A stretch of DNA of 64,000 bases from the NCBI GenBank assembly GCA_010015805.1, contig ML978127.1:1364001-1428000 (forward strand), written 5' to 3'. The DNA is from Rhizodiscina lignyota. Lineage: Eukaryota. Below, piece by piece: positions 12,885 to 26,355 of the stretch. The stretch's first letter is position 1. Each line of letters begins with the position of its first letter. The position numbers and the translations under genes were made by a program. The notes under the pieces were generated by a model. It saw only the letters and a list, made by a program, of their open reading frames with translations, had not been told where the DNA came from and did no database searches.

Positions 12885-15348
12885 TCATGAAGATGCAAAT
12901 CTGCTCTTCCCCCTGAGTCGCTTGCCGTATTTGAAGAAGAGATAGGGGAATCTGCACGATTGCTGTCAGCGCATCCACTTTCGGTCCGTCGGGACGTGTT
13001 TCATACGGCGCCATTGCAAGACTCAAGAATGCGAGCAGTGAGCTGGCCCACGGATAGCCAAGCGCTGGAGTGCCACACCGTTAGTCAATTGTAACTCTCG
13101 GCCAGTATATGGCGTCATTGGCCATGCATAATCTCAACATACTTTCATACATCTGCACACCAAACAGCGGGAATGCCGCGGCAAACGAGGAGCGTGCAAA
13201 GGAATTGGCCGCCAGCGCACTGGCTGCGTATAGAGGGTACTGCCTCATTCGTTAACACACTACTCGGTCTAGACTCAACATGAGCGTACGCAGTCGACCA
13301 GGAACGTGAAGACCCCCGAGAAGACGAGGATGATCCTGATTCGCTGTCAGCCTTCTCTATAGTGCCCGCGCAAGCTCATTGATGTTGTCTCACCCTACAC
13401 CAAACACGCCCGAGAAGATGATTGGCGCTATAGTTCATTCACGTAGTTAGCTTCACCAACAGCATTTACGAGCGGACTCAGCTGCGCCGGCGCTGTACCT
13501 ATCCAGTGAACCTGCATCGAACGAGGATTAGCACGCAGTTATCCGCAAATACGTCCGATCGCCGCTCACCCATGGGAAAGTCGTCCAGCCAAACCCTGTT
13601 GTCCTGCAGTTAGCTATCCGCCGCACTGCAATGCCAGCAGCCTGCCGAGATCGGTGTCCATGACTTACCAAACAGACCGATAGGCACGAGAAATGCCCCC
13701 AGGATAGCGGGAGGTAGCCGATACTCTGGCTCTGAAGCACCGTGCTCGCCGGTCCGCGCTTCAAGATTCCGGCAGAGTCGACGATGATTTCTCTTCCACC
13801 AAGGATCTGACAAGATTGCTATTATCATGCCGACCATGAGGCCCAGGAATGAGAGACCTGTTTGTGACAGCGTAAAGTCATGGTTCTCCTTAAACACAAG
13901 CGGGAATGCGCCAAAGAATAGGTACAATATCCCCAGCAGGATTGCCGATAATATGCAGAGATTCAGACACTGAAGAATTTTGTTAGCGGTGCATCGGCCT
14001 CAACAATGCCCGTGAAGATCCAATTTCCATACCATTGGCTCAAAAAACAGCAGCTGAAACGGGCGATAGCAGCTAATGAACACTGTCATGGGTATCGATC
14101 GCTCATGCTTCTCAAGAGGCGCTATCCATGCCTCGTTGCCTGTGCTTTTACGCAGCTCTTGCGCCTTTCTTCGCAGTAGCACGGGGTGATAGGTCTCTGG
14201 CACGAAGAAGGTGATCAGCGCCAGCTGGACCCCTGCCCAGATCAGAAGGATGTAGAAGCTCCATCGCCTGTACATCTATAAGCTTCCCGTCTATATTCGA
14301 AACACGAACACGTTCATCGTACCAGTTCGTATATTGATTGATGAAACCGCCTACCAAGGGGCCGATTTCAGGACTGAGATAATCCAACGGTTAGCTGGCA
14401 CTGGCCATGGCAAATTCTCCGCACGCAACAATCGCATGAGAATCCAACCAACAGACAAACTCCACATGTGTGGTCTTCCAGAGGTATGGGACAAATTACG
14501 ATAGTCTTGTGGGCCTCGTGGACCTCACAATTCGTTCACACTTACCCCATGAACGGCGAGGCCGAATAAACCATCATCGGTGCCGACAGTTGATCCCTGC
14601 TAAACATATCGCCGATGGTACCGCCTGCGACGGAGAGGAAGGCGGAGCCGGCCAGGCCATCGAAGAAGCGTGCTACCAACATGGTGGCTGTGTTTCGTGC
14701 AACAGCGCAGGGAATCAGCCAGATGAGGAAAAACGAGTACGATGCGATGTATACGGGGCGACGTCCATAGAACTAGTTCACAGCCCTCGTTAGTTCCTGA
14801 TCCTATGGCAATAAATAAAGAAGCATTTTCAGCTTGTTTTCTCACCTCTGACAGCGGGCTTAAGACCATGGGTCCAAGACCTGCGATGCATCAGCTCTCA
14901 CAAACACAGCGCGCGAGATGTTTCCTAAAACAGGTTGCTGACCCAGGCCGAACACAAACGTCGAGAGACCCAGCGTCACGACTTCTCTCGATGAGTGGAA
15001 TTCGGGGATGATCTGGCCGTACGTCGAAGTGTACAGTGACGACGCGTTCGTCACGCACATAGATGATCCCGCTATGATAACCGTGATTGCCCATTTTCTG
15101 GCGTAGCTAAGTTTATTTCTCGGATTTTGTGGATCGTTCTCTTCCCATTTTACTGTGAAATCGCCTTGTATGGGATCTTTGCTCTCCTCGTCTACCGGCA
15201 GCTCCGATTGAATCGGCGCAAAAGTGTCGGCTTCTGTCGTTGGTGAAATCGGAGTGCCCAATCTCCTTTCTTCATCGTCAATGTCGGACCCATAGTCCTT
15301 CTTTTCCTTTGTCGAATCCATTGAGACGCTTTCAGGTGTTATCACCAT
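12885..15348 (-). CDS. MFS drug:H+ antiporter (DHA1 family), multi-exon
   Basis: Motifs VKWEENDPQNPRN..RKW, SE..GRR, GPEIGPLVGGFI..WRW, PETY, PEYRLPPA and YPLYAASALAANSFARS. The last exon ends FKYGKRLRGKSRFASS*. Confidence 0.88.
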
Positions 15349-17195
15349 TGCTTTTCAACTCTTTCGCCTCGGAGTTACCGAATGGGATTCAGCGGGGTCA
15401 CCTTTGTGACAGCATGAATAAACGTTGAAGCCTTGGCCGAATTCCTTTATATTTCTTCCATTCGATTACGATTCATCAGTCGGCGATAATATCTCCATAC
15501 GCGAGACGCGAGGTCTCCACCGGGAACAGTGCGTACACGAAAATCAACAATGTCCAGAGACACAGTATTATACATCATGATCGACCGAAACATTGAAACA
15601 CATGCTAGTATATAGCCGCAAAGAGCTAGTTAGCAACGGGAAAGGAAGCGTGCCTCGCCGGATAGTGTCCAGACCCAAACCCGCAGAACTTGCCGGTTAT
15701 CCAGAATGACGAATTGGGAATTGCTCCGCCAAGGAAAAGAGGCGTACCCTTTCGCCAATCTTCTGCACCTCGTGCATACTGTTAGTGAGCAAATCTCGGT
15801 TTGCCTGCAGGAGCATGTCATAAAATTGCAGATTTTGATTCGACTCATAGTCCTTGGGCTGAATAATGTGGGGGATGGTTTTCCGCAGAGCAGCGGAATT
15901 GAACGACGTACTTCCAGTCACTCAGCGAATCACTTTGGTTCAGTCCTTGAGGTCTTCGCCATTGCAGCTTTGCAGCTTCAGGCCAAAGCTTACGTTCCGG
16001 AAACACCCGGCGAAAGCATACTGTCTCAATTGGCCTCTGATGGAAAAGACTCGGCCGTGTTAGAGAAATATCGCTCTAGCTGCCTCGCTTAGTAACGAGC
16101 CCCTTACCGACTATCGTGTCGGTCGATCTTCGCAGCTTACAGCGGTTAACCCCGAGTAGCCTCAAAGATACGCGTATCAAAGTATGAGAAAGTTCAATTT
16201 TAGCCCTTCTGAGGCTCGCAGCATGATCCCCATTTCATCGTTCTGTATCCACCATTCGGGGTCGGCCGCTGCAGTGCGGTCGTGCCCGGACTTCAATCTT
16301 GAAATAAATTGGGATGGGGCTCCACACTATTCACCTTTTCTAAGGTTTCAGGGAGAAATTTCGTTGCTTAGTATATCTGCGAGAGTTTATAGAAGACGTC
16401 TTTTCCAATTTCGCCTCCGGTGAAGTAATGGAGACCAATAATAGGAAGACCAGTATAAATGAGGATACTGTCACGTCCCTTCTACGGGTACAAAGCATCG
16501 TTGCCGTACTGTTTACCGTCTGTCGACGTACGCAGTGCATTGCCGCGTCATCTGAGTCACGGTGATAGGAAGGCATACATGTTATCTTGGTCATTGAGAG
16601 TTATTACATGGTCTCCAGTAATCGCCTGGCTGGCAATTAATTATTCGTCGTTAGCTATACCATGGGACATCTTAGAAATGCATGATGACCTTCTGTGGCT
16701 GGAAAATGACCTATCACAACGCCTTTGAGAAGCTCAAAAGAAAGGGGAATGTCGCCACATACACAAGGCTTAAGCAGAAAGCGACACCGGTATCGAAGAG
16801 AGTAGTATAAACCGCGCTCAATGAAGAATTTCTATCCCATCATGAGCTTGATTGCTAGAGTTAAAAGGTTTGTCAACCTTGAGTTTCCAGAGGCAGGGGA
16901 GGTCAATTTCAGAGAGGATGAGATATCTCCCGAAGATGTGCCGATGGCCCATGAACTTCCTGCTAGTATCGGAGAGGCACGTAGCAAGCACGAAGTTGTG
17001 AATCTAGTGGATTGATTGAAGAGAGAGAAATCTCTGAAGGAGAAATCCTATAATATGTACACGAATGCACGTGCTCATGCGCTAGGACGTTCTGGGCACC
17101 TCCTGATACTAAGGGCAATAGCAAATTACGAACACTTATATTGAACTTGAGTTTTAGGTCTAATGTGGTTTTTCGACATGCACTGAATAACTAGT

Positions 17196-17325
17196 GGCAT
17201 AACTGCAAAGGGCCCCCGCCCTTCCTAATAAACTCAGTCAGCCTGGTTTCCCTTACTGTCTTCCCGAATCGAAGAGTAAGAGTTCGATTCCGATTCGGGG
17301 AGTCAGTTAGGGAATGCACTTTTAT
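17196..17325. other. Intergenic double-hairpin element with B-box-like GTTCGATTC (candidate ncRNA or foldback relic)
   Basis: A stem of about 24 bp at 17248-17314 and a second imperfect hairpin at 17196-17243, followed by T-runs. Confidence 0.4.
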
Positions 17326-17870
17326 TTCCCAAACCCCCCCCTTTTTTCAGCATCTAGACAGTATTTTTCCTTTTAAGAAAATACGCGTTGTTTAATTTTA
17401 TTTTTAGTTGTGATTCTTCATTGTTTGGCTCATCGCTGCGCGGAGCACGTGACATGGCTGGGAGGCTCGGCACCGGATTAGAGTAACCTTTGGGCCTGAA
17501 TCTAGAAACGCCAAGCCGGGAGAAAGACAAGTACTGAGGTACTTCGATATCTCCGAGATAATCTTTTGCACACGACGCGCCGGATCCTCCAGCCTTCAAT
17601 CGTTTCTTTGCGTGAGTATATCAATTTTGTCGCATCTCTCCCTGCTGCGTGTTTACGCTCTTCATCAGGAGTCTGAGAAATTATGAAAACGAGTCACAAT
17701 TGATTGTTGACCAACAGCAGAACTGAAGCTACATCTTTTCCATTCCCTATCTCAATTATTTTCTTTCTTATAAGATCATATAAATTATTTTCCAGTTCTG
17801 GAAGCTGCGCAGTTGAATTCTGCTGTAGTGTCTTTGGATTTCTCATTTCACCTCACAATCGACAGAAACA

Positions 17871-18856
17871 ATGTCGGCAATAGCTATCAACAAGCTCTTC
17901 AGTGTCGAAGGAGCAGTCGTGGTGGTGACCGGAGGGGGTTCAGGTCAGCATGAAACATCTTTTGCTTCAGTCTTTTGCATCGAGAACTCAATTGACACCT
18001 AACAGGTCTCGGCCGCATGATGGCTAACGCACTCGCCGAGAACGGAGCAGCGAAAGTATACATCATTGGCCGAAGAAAAGAGAAGCTTGAAGAGGTCGCC
18101 AAAGGATGCAAAGGGGGCGTTGTTGTTCCGTTGGTCGGTGATGTGACATCAAAAGATTCCATTGAGTCGATTGTCGAGCAGGTGAAGGCCGACAGCGGCT
18201 ATGTGAACGTGGTTGTCGCTAACTCTGGCCATTCTGGTCCTACAATGCACGGCCTGCCGCAGAACCCATCAATTGCGAACATCCGGAAGCACATCATGAG
18301 CCAACCAATGGAGGACTTTACGCACACTTTTGCTGTCAACGTGACCGGAATGTTTTACACGTGCGTCGCCTTCTTGGAGCTGCTCGATGCGGGCAACAAG
18401 AAAGGCAACATGCCCCCGACAGTCCGGAGTCAAGTCATCGCCACGGGGAGTATTGGTGGTTACAACAAGAACATCGGAGTGGGCTACCCGTACAATGCTA
18501 GTAAAACTGCGGTACACCACCTCATCAAGATGCTCTCCATATATCTTGGACCCCACAAGATAAGAGCGAATGCCCTGGCTCCTGGACGTAAGTCGTGTGC
18601 CAATCGAAATTCCAACTCTGGGCTGACAAAGTACAAAGTGTTCCCGTCAGATATCTCCGCTCCTCTCCTCGCAGGAAAGGACGGCACTCAGGAGGGCGCG
18701 TTTCCTGCAAATTTCATACCCGCAGAGAAAACAGGCGATGATCAAGACATGGCCGGTGCAATATTGTACCTGACCTCGAGAGCCGGCGCGTATCTGAATG
18801 GCAATATCCTCGTAATTGACGGGGGCCGCATGGGTGTTCTGAACACTTCATACTAG
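17871..18856 (+). CDS. Short-chain dehydrogenase/reductase (classical SDR)
   Basis: Exons 17871-17943, 18006-18587 and 18639-18856. Rossmann motif TGGGSGLG, catalytic YNASK, and ANALAPG-LFPS. Confidence 0.92.
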
Positions 18857-19178
18857 ACGCTAGACGTTTCCACCATAGAAAAATCTGCATTATAAACAGG
18901 TATCGTGTTGCTATCTGCAATTGCTTGCCTAAAACATGCACCGTCAGATGATTTTCCATCTATGAACAGAATGATGGCGATGACAATTGTCATAACTAAA
19001 ACGAAAATTGCAGCATTTCCAACAGATCAATCTTCTACCTCCCATCACCCGGACATGGAATGTTCCCATACGTTTGCTGTCGATTACTTCGCAGCTGGCA
19101 ATCTCCTCGGTCCTTCGATTCATTCCTCATCAATCATCGGAGCCGGTCGTCACTCATTATTTACATGTATTCCCATGC

Positions 19179-20264
19179 TCACCTGGTGATAAAACCAAGG
19201 TAATCGGCAACAATCAAAGTCACCATCCTGAAGGCCGAATATCAGCAAACTTTGAACGTCACCAGAGGCGGAGTTGACGGAACTTACGCATGAGGAGCGA
19301 TACGGACATAGTATGTCCCAAACCCACGGTAGAATCTCAGCAGGCCCTCTTCCTTGGCGACTTTCTGGAAGCAGTCAAGCATGCCCTTGTACGGAACCGA
19401 TCCGTCTGCAGCCTTCGTCTGCTTCTGCAGCCTAGTCTTCACGAAGTCAAATGGCAAGGAGAAAAAACTTGCGAAGAATCCAGCAACAGCGGAAGCCGTA
19501 AGAGTTTGCGTGCGCGAAGACAAGGAAGTTCCCTTCAATTGGTTCTTTGCCTCACTGAAGAAAGCCAATTGTCCAAAGTTCAGAGCCATGGCACGTACGA
19601 CCGTAGGATAGCATCCGGACCACAGAGCACCGACACCCTCATTCTTGGAGATTCTCGCGAGCGCATCGATCACGGATTTGTAATTTGCTCGCTTTTCTGG
19701 TGGTTTCAAACCATCACTTTGCATCCGAATAAGTGCCAAGTCGGCCGGGTTTCCAACGAAGGCAGCCAACCCTCCGGCCGTGAGACCAGCACCGGCACGT
19801 TCGGCAAAGCCGACCTTTGAGCCTTTGGCCTCGGCGCGGGCGGCAAGAGATTTCATGAACGTATCGAAGAAGCCCAATCGCGCGGTTGTATAAACAGCTT
19901 GTCGCAGGAGACCTGCCGTCAAGCCGGTGTAAAGATCCAACACTCTCCCGGATGCTATTACTTCCCTCGTTACCGACGTCACTGTTGGCTTCGGTCCCGA
20001 CTTTACACCCTCGCCAGCAAGTTGTAGCCGCACCTTAATCATGTCCACCGGCTGGATCACGCTCGTCGCAGTCATGCCTGCCAGACCGCCATTGATGAAT
20101 GGCAGAGCGCCACGCATGAAAGGTGTATGGAGGAAGTCGGTCGTAGCCTTTTGCGGATTTTCCGCTGCGGCTTTTACGGCGTTCGGCATCTCTTTCGCGG
20201 CGTTGATGGCTTCGTTCGACTTTCGCTTGGCGGCCTCAATGGCCGAAGAACCGGCAGAGGACAT
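19179..20264 (-). CDS. Mitochondrial carrier, 2-oxoglutarate/malate (dicarboxylate) type
   Basis: Three PxDxxKxR-type repeats (PVDMIKVR, PADLALIR, PFDFVKTR), plus RQAVYTTARLG and RIAPH. Intron 19228-19287. Confidence 0.9.
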
Positions 20265-21575
20265 CTTTCGCAGTCAACGGTGGCAGCGATCAAGAGTGGA
20301 GACGGGGGAGGTAAAAGGCGTAGACGACGCCCGAGAGGTCAGAGGTGGGAGTCTGCTAATTGTGATTCAGTCTACGAATTTCGCAACCGTTAGCACGAGG
20401 TCCTCAGTTGTCCATGTGCGAAGCCGTTGGCTTCCCAGGCTTTCGGAAAGCAGCATGCTGCCATATCTTTATGTTCGGCTTGCAATTGAGGCTGATATCC
20501 GATGCCGCTTAGGTCGGGCTCAACCGAGCAGCTCGGAATGGACGATTGTGTGCACGATGTGCGAGTGGCCATGTGTGCTCCGAAACTGCCCGCAATCGTG
20601 GTGGAGGGTATCTGGGGAGCAAGCTTACCTTCGACACCGGAGAGTGCCAAGCCTCCCACAACTATGATCGAATTGCCCAACAACAGCGATATCGGTGGGT
20701 GGAGTCAACAGCAACGTTGGAGCTTTCCCGCACAATGGAAAATCGAGGACAGAGAACCAAACGTCAGAGGAAAGCGAGAGGCTCTTACAAACTGTTGGGG
20801 GTGGGAGGGCACCAATCCTGTACCTTTCTTTGCTTTCCTTCTTATGGCCGTTTGTACACACCACGCATGCGGGGAAGCCTCCATGTCGACCACTCACAAG
20901 CCTGCTGGCACGACAAGCACCCGAACCTCCAATGCTTCCAACCCCCAACCATCAGCCGCTGACCCCGTCCCATGATGTACTTTGGTACACTGTAATATGC
21001 TGCGAATAGCCGCGCAGCACCATCCTCCGCTGATGGGATTCTTCCGTCGTCCTCGGCCGCCATCGCACATGAGCCCTTGAACCGAAACGGCGACATGATG
21101 CCCGCCCTCAGTCGTTTAAGGTTGCATGGACCCTGCGGGTGACGCACACATCAGCTCGGAAGCTGACTTAGATTGTTATGATGCCTTGTTTCGACTTCAA
21201 ACCTGTTGTACACATGTACACGCGACCGGACGGAATGCGATGACATCGTTGGCGGGGTAGAGGTGTGGTCGGGCCTTCGCATTCTTCGGAGGTCGGTTCC
21301 GAGTCCTTCCGTGTCACGTGAATTACGGCGGGCAAATTTCGGTATCACTTTCCGGTGCTGGAGCGACTTCGGATAAATTGTCGGATATCAAAATCTCGAT
21401 CACGGCAAGTAAAGGGATCGCCTCTCACAATTGTTGTTGGCTACGTCCTTCTCAGATTTCTAGCCTTCGAGACCCATCGAGATCTCGCTAACGATAGAAT
21501 ATCTGCTATCTTCTACTTCTAGTCATCAAGAAATTGATGCATTGCCCACTCAACAAGCGCAGCTCAGATCCTTTC

Positions 21576-24063
21576 TTACGACCAAGTTCCATTCGCAGGC
21601 CCAAAGTACCCAGCCGCCGGCAAGTCCAGGAATGGTATCCCGTTTCCATCATCTGTATTTACAAATACCGTATTCCCCCACCAATCTGGGAACACCGCGC
21701 CAGGGTAGCTGATGCAGAAGAAAATGATGATTCCAGATAGCGCCGTTCCAGTGTCCAAAGCCGCAGCCAGGACATAGTTATACTTTGTCCACCACGCGAA
21801 GAACCTCCTCATGATCCACCAGTTGAATATCCAGTTTACGAGCGCCCAGGAGCTGTAGTTGATGCCAGTCGCAGGAGGCACGTTCCACGTACCGACGAAG
21901 ATCAGCGGCCAGTTGATGAGCTCGAAGATCTTCTTGCCAGTGTACTTGTGCAGCAGCCATGTAACGATAGGCATGAGTGCGCCGAGCCAGAAGAAATGCA
22001 GCAGCGAGGAATAGATTTTGCCGACGCTGTAGAGCCGTGCTGGGCCGATCAAGCCCCAGATGACGGAGGAGGAGTACGTCGTGCGGCCATTAGGGCAGGA
22101 GAAGTTGTCGGCCTGGTCTGTAGTGCAGACGTCGTTGATGTGACCCAGCATCCAGGTGGTGACTCCGACCTGAGTGAGAGCGCCAAGCACCTGTTTCCTG
22201 TCAATACAGAGTCTACCAGGACAACGTGGGACTTACAGTTGCAGTTCCTTGTGCAAAGAAGACTACACGTGGCGGTACTTTGTTGTAGTGACCGAGCTTC
22301 ATGTCCTGAGCAAAGAACAATCCTTGGTTGACCACGTCCACGCTTTAGATTCGGAAATTTGTTAGTACTAGAATACAGATGACACTTTTGGGTCAATGAT
22401 ACATACCTGAGATATTTGAATACCATGTTCGCTAGAGGCCGTCCGGAGAACATATACCCTCCGACAAACTCCGCAAGCACATTCAGCTGATTGGCGTCGA
22501 CATTTGTGATTCCCTGGATGATACCGCACGGAATCATATAGATCGCTGGGACGAGCAGGGCAAGAAATACTCCATAAACCGGAAGTAGAACGTCGTATAC
22601 CTCAACCATCGCAATAGCCATTGCTACGACGACGACAGTTAGTCCTGCATACCAGTACCAAGGAGTCTTCTTGTACGATTTCATGAGACGCGCATGGATG
22701 TCTAGAGGTTGGCGGCCTTTCACAGCGGCCCAGATGTCGGAGCCATGCCAAAGATACACATGGACAAGAGCGCTCGTGATCGACGCGAAGGACAAGCCGT
22801 AGACGAAAGCAAAAGAGGCACCAAGGAATGGCGGCGAGTAGTTCCGATATGCCTCAACATTGAGTGTACCGTCCAGATTTGTGACTTGCGTTACGTTGTA
22901 TGCCAGTCCGAAGCGGTCATAGACGTCGGCAGTCATAAGCGGCAGGTATCCTGTGAACCAAGTATTGGTGTAGAATATCGCAGGCACGACTCCCCAAAAG
23001 AAGATTACGAAGCCAGCAAGCACATTAAGAGCAGCCCAAGCAGGAGACAGCAGCGGGTTGGTGTTGAAGGCAACTTGACTCCAGTCGAAGGTAATCGGGC
23101 TCATGCCCAAACCAGTCTGCATGCCGAAGAGCTGGTTGACAACGCGGTTGTTCGGTACAATCCAGCAGATCCAGGTAAAGTACGAAAGCGCCACAAACAT
23201 GAGTCCTGGGAAGAAGTACCACACGAAAGCTGCTGTGGTTACATAAAAGAAGAACCGTAGCCTGGTCACTCTCCAGCCGTTGGCCACTGCATTTGCACGG
23301 GAATGTAGAGTGCTCAACAGGGCACAGATCGAGAGCGTTCCAGGCCAGATGATCCGCGCTGGTTCCACGAGCCATGGAGCAGAGAGACCAGCAACACCAA
23401 AGCCGAGGAGCTGACAGCAAAGCACAACCAAAACATTGAAGCCAGTTTTAAGTTTAAAGCCGTAGAATTTGGCAGCAGCTTGGATGATACTGGTCGCATC
23501 GGCGGACCCAAAACCAATTGAGACATTGGCCATGATAGTGATGACGGTGTGCTCTTTGATATTGAAGTGACGATCTGGATTGATGCACCATGATCCAAGC
23601 GGTCCCAGACTGATGGTCTTGACGGGCAGAATGTTTGCAAGCGCGACACCACATGGGAATGCAAGTAGTTGCATAACCAGTGCAACAATGTGGACAGACG
23701 GCTGCCGTAGCGAAAAGAACTGGTTTACACCGGATCCAAGAATGGTCGCTACGAATCCAAGGAAGATCATGCGGGTTGTAACGACGGGTATACCGGGGTC
23801 ATCCACCTCTGGGACCACCGCTCGAACTGTGCCTAGTTAGCGATCGCCCTGGCTTGATATTTGGGAAGTATAAACATACCCTCAGGATATGGTGAGGTAT
23901 CTTCATCGATGCTATGTTGTCGAAGATCGTGAAAGACCTTGTCAACATCGACCTCGAGTTCCTGCAAATGCCCCTGCTCCAGCTCCGGCGAGACAGAGAC
24001 AGGATCAAAGTCCGACTTTAATTCCTTCTCATTAAAGCCAGTAGGTGACTCAGGATGCGCCAT
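21576..24063 (-). CDS. OPT-family oligopeptide transporter
   Basis: SPYPE|VRAVV (intron 23827-23879), FNIKEH, DIHARLMKSY, QDMKLGHY and KYNYVLAAALDTG. Confidence 0.92.
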
Positions 24064-25209
24064 TTTCACTGCGCTGCAAGACGTAGGTTAGAAGCAACCG
24101 CAATCGGCGTGGTTGACACCAGAGTACCGGATCCCCTCTCCATTTTGTTTCGCTTCCAAAGGCCCACGGAGACATAGACCTCGTGGCGAATGCTGGCATG
24201 CTGGCATCCGTTATCAGTGAATCCTCAAGGAATTTGGATTTTATGATTGATGGAGCCGCCTGGTTGGTGAATTCGAGGCTCTGACATTGGCGGGTTCTCC
24301 TCAATAAGGGAGGTGACAGCATTAGCGGCTGATCGTTGCATATCGGCAACGGGCTTGCTGAGCTTGTCTCCGGCGGAATTCGAAGGACATTGTAGCATTA
24401 ATGTGGGGTATCTTTCCTAAACGCTCAAGGAGAACGTGATAGTGCTACCGGGAGCGTTGAGATGGAGTGATCGTGAATAAGAAAAAAATTATCTTAGTTC
24501 GTATTCTTATCTGTTCATGAGATCGCCCCCAGACATTATCGCGGAGCCATGCTCTTAAATAGCAATCCAAGCCGATAATAACTAGTTCAATCCTGATGCA
24601 ACCTTACGAGCTCACACGAAGGGTCGTGTCTAGAACGTTGATCGATGGGCAAAGTTACTGTACATAAAGCAGTGGAGAATGTTCGGGGGGTTGAGCTTTC
24701 CATGTCCTCACTTTACTACATTGGGCTTGGTTTGAGAATGCATTCGGTAACATCCCAAATTCACCCTGTGCACTGTGCACCCAGTCGAAACATTTTGCAA
24801 GGGGACGATGAATTTTTGAGTGGAGGAATTGATCTGACAGTGAGCGGCACGAACACTCCCACGGCTCACTACCAACATCGACCGTAGAAACAGAGAATGC
24901 AGGAAATTCGCAACGGCCAAGGTATCGGTGCTCTATGCGGCTTTCAATATTTTGCTCTTTCGATTGCTAACTCCCTTCTAAACAGCCCTGCCGAGTCCTA
25001 ATATTCCACTCCTCCACATTACAATCTTCCGAGAAACATACTGAGAACTGCCTACGTGTCTGCACTGCGTGGACAAGAGTGCTCTGATATTTCCATAGAG
25101 TGCTAGCCTATCCTGCTACCGCAAGATTGCAGGCTTCTTAAGTCTCTTCCACACGATCCCTCGGGATATAGTCCATGTGCCCACTCCCTTCAGCCTTTTC
25201 TGGCCTTGT

Positions 25210-26100
25210 TTACGCTATCAAATCGAAGTACGAAGGTCTCATACTGCGACATTTCAGCCAAGCAATTGATTGAGGCTCATGATCATCCACATCAAATGCC
25301 CAGTAGTCGCCCCCCATAACAGCCTGCTCCATGGCCTTCTCAACCGACCGAACCCATGGGGCTTGTGTTAAAAAGTGAACGAAGAACTGCTGTAAATCCA
25401 ATCTACGCAATGGCATGAGAAACCGCCACCACTGCGGCGCTGTGGCCCTAGATTCTTATCCAATTCCAAGCCTAGCTCACCACTAGATATGTAGAGCCGA
25501 AGCGTGAGTTTCGGACACAGCTCATTTATCAGACGTACGGTTCGCTTCCAGTCCATGTATGCAGAATCCACAGGGCACTTTAGATAGATTGGAAGAGCAA
25601 TATCTAGCTGCCTCAATGCCCAAATTGCGTTCTGAGGTGCTGAACGGAGAAAGACGGAGATTGGAAATTGGGTAAGTGTTTCAGGAGGGTTATGGAAACA
25701 CCACCCAGGGAACAGAATCCGTCACTTCTGCAATGTCGATATTCACAGGCATAGTGACGGCAATATTGCGGGTAATACTCCTCGTCCAGATTACAGTAGG
25801 GGGGACAATAGCGAACAGTAAACTGCCTGTCAGTTGATTCGACTTCTCTCAATGGCGTGATGAGATCAGTATACTGGAGGACGCGAAGTTGAAGCTCTCT
25901 CGGCAAGTCGAGGAAACGGAACGCTATGGCAGTGACAACATTCGTTGCAACAGGTACCCTCTCCGCCAATCCCTTGAAGCATGTTGGCGAAAGTCGTATA
26001 TTGCGTCTTGAGAGCTGCGGCATATGCGAGATTGGTTCCACTGCCTGCTCTGCTTCCACAAACGCTTCTCATATATTCGTTTATCTCAGCTACTACCTTC
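25210..26100 (-). pseudogene. Degenerate F-box-like protein gene
   Basis: FRFLDLPRELQLRVLQYTDLITP motif followed by a Cys-rich segment. The coding signal is split over three overlapping frames without clear introns. Boundaries are approximate. Confidence 0.55.
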
Positions 26101-26355
26101 ATATCTATTCATTCATCTTATACCATCACAGCTTCTATTACAATGCGCTTCCTTTCCACACTTCTTTTTCTATTCTTGCTCCTATTTTATTATAAAGTTG
26201 CTTGTCAGTGCCTCGGGCCAGAGGGATGTTACAGCTTGTAATTTGGGGTATCATGCAATTCTATTTCTGGTACATCAAGTTTGGACCGCTGTAGAGTATA
26301 TTTCTCTTCTGAACGGGAGCATTCAACTAGGCATAATTCTGGATGGAAGAAGGCC

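Noticed and set aside
14375..14546. 172-nt MFS intron as a possible snoRNA host
   Set aside because: No convincing C/D or H/ACA boxes and no rRNA-complementary guide.
17196..17320. tRNA gene suggested by GTTCGATTC
   Set aside because: No acceptor, D or anticodon stems could be built. Kept only as an unclassified structured element.
20270..21350. Cluster of 100-200 aa ORFs on both strands
   Set aside because: No domains or coherent exon structure. This is the carrier gene's upstream region.
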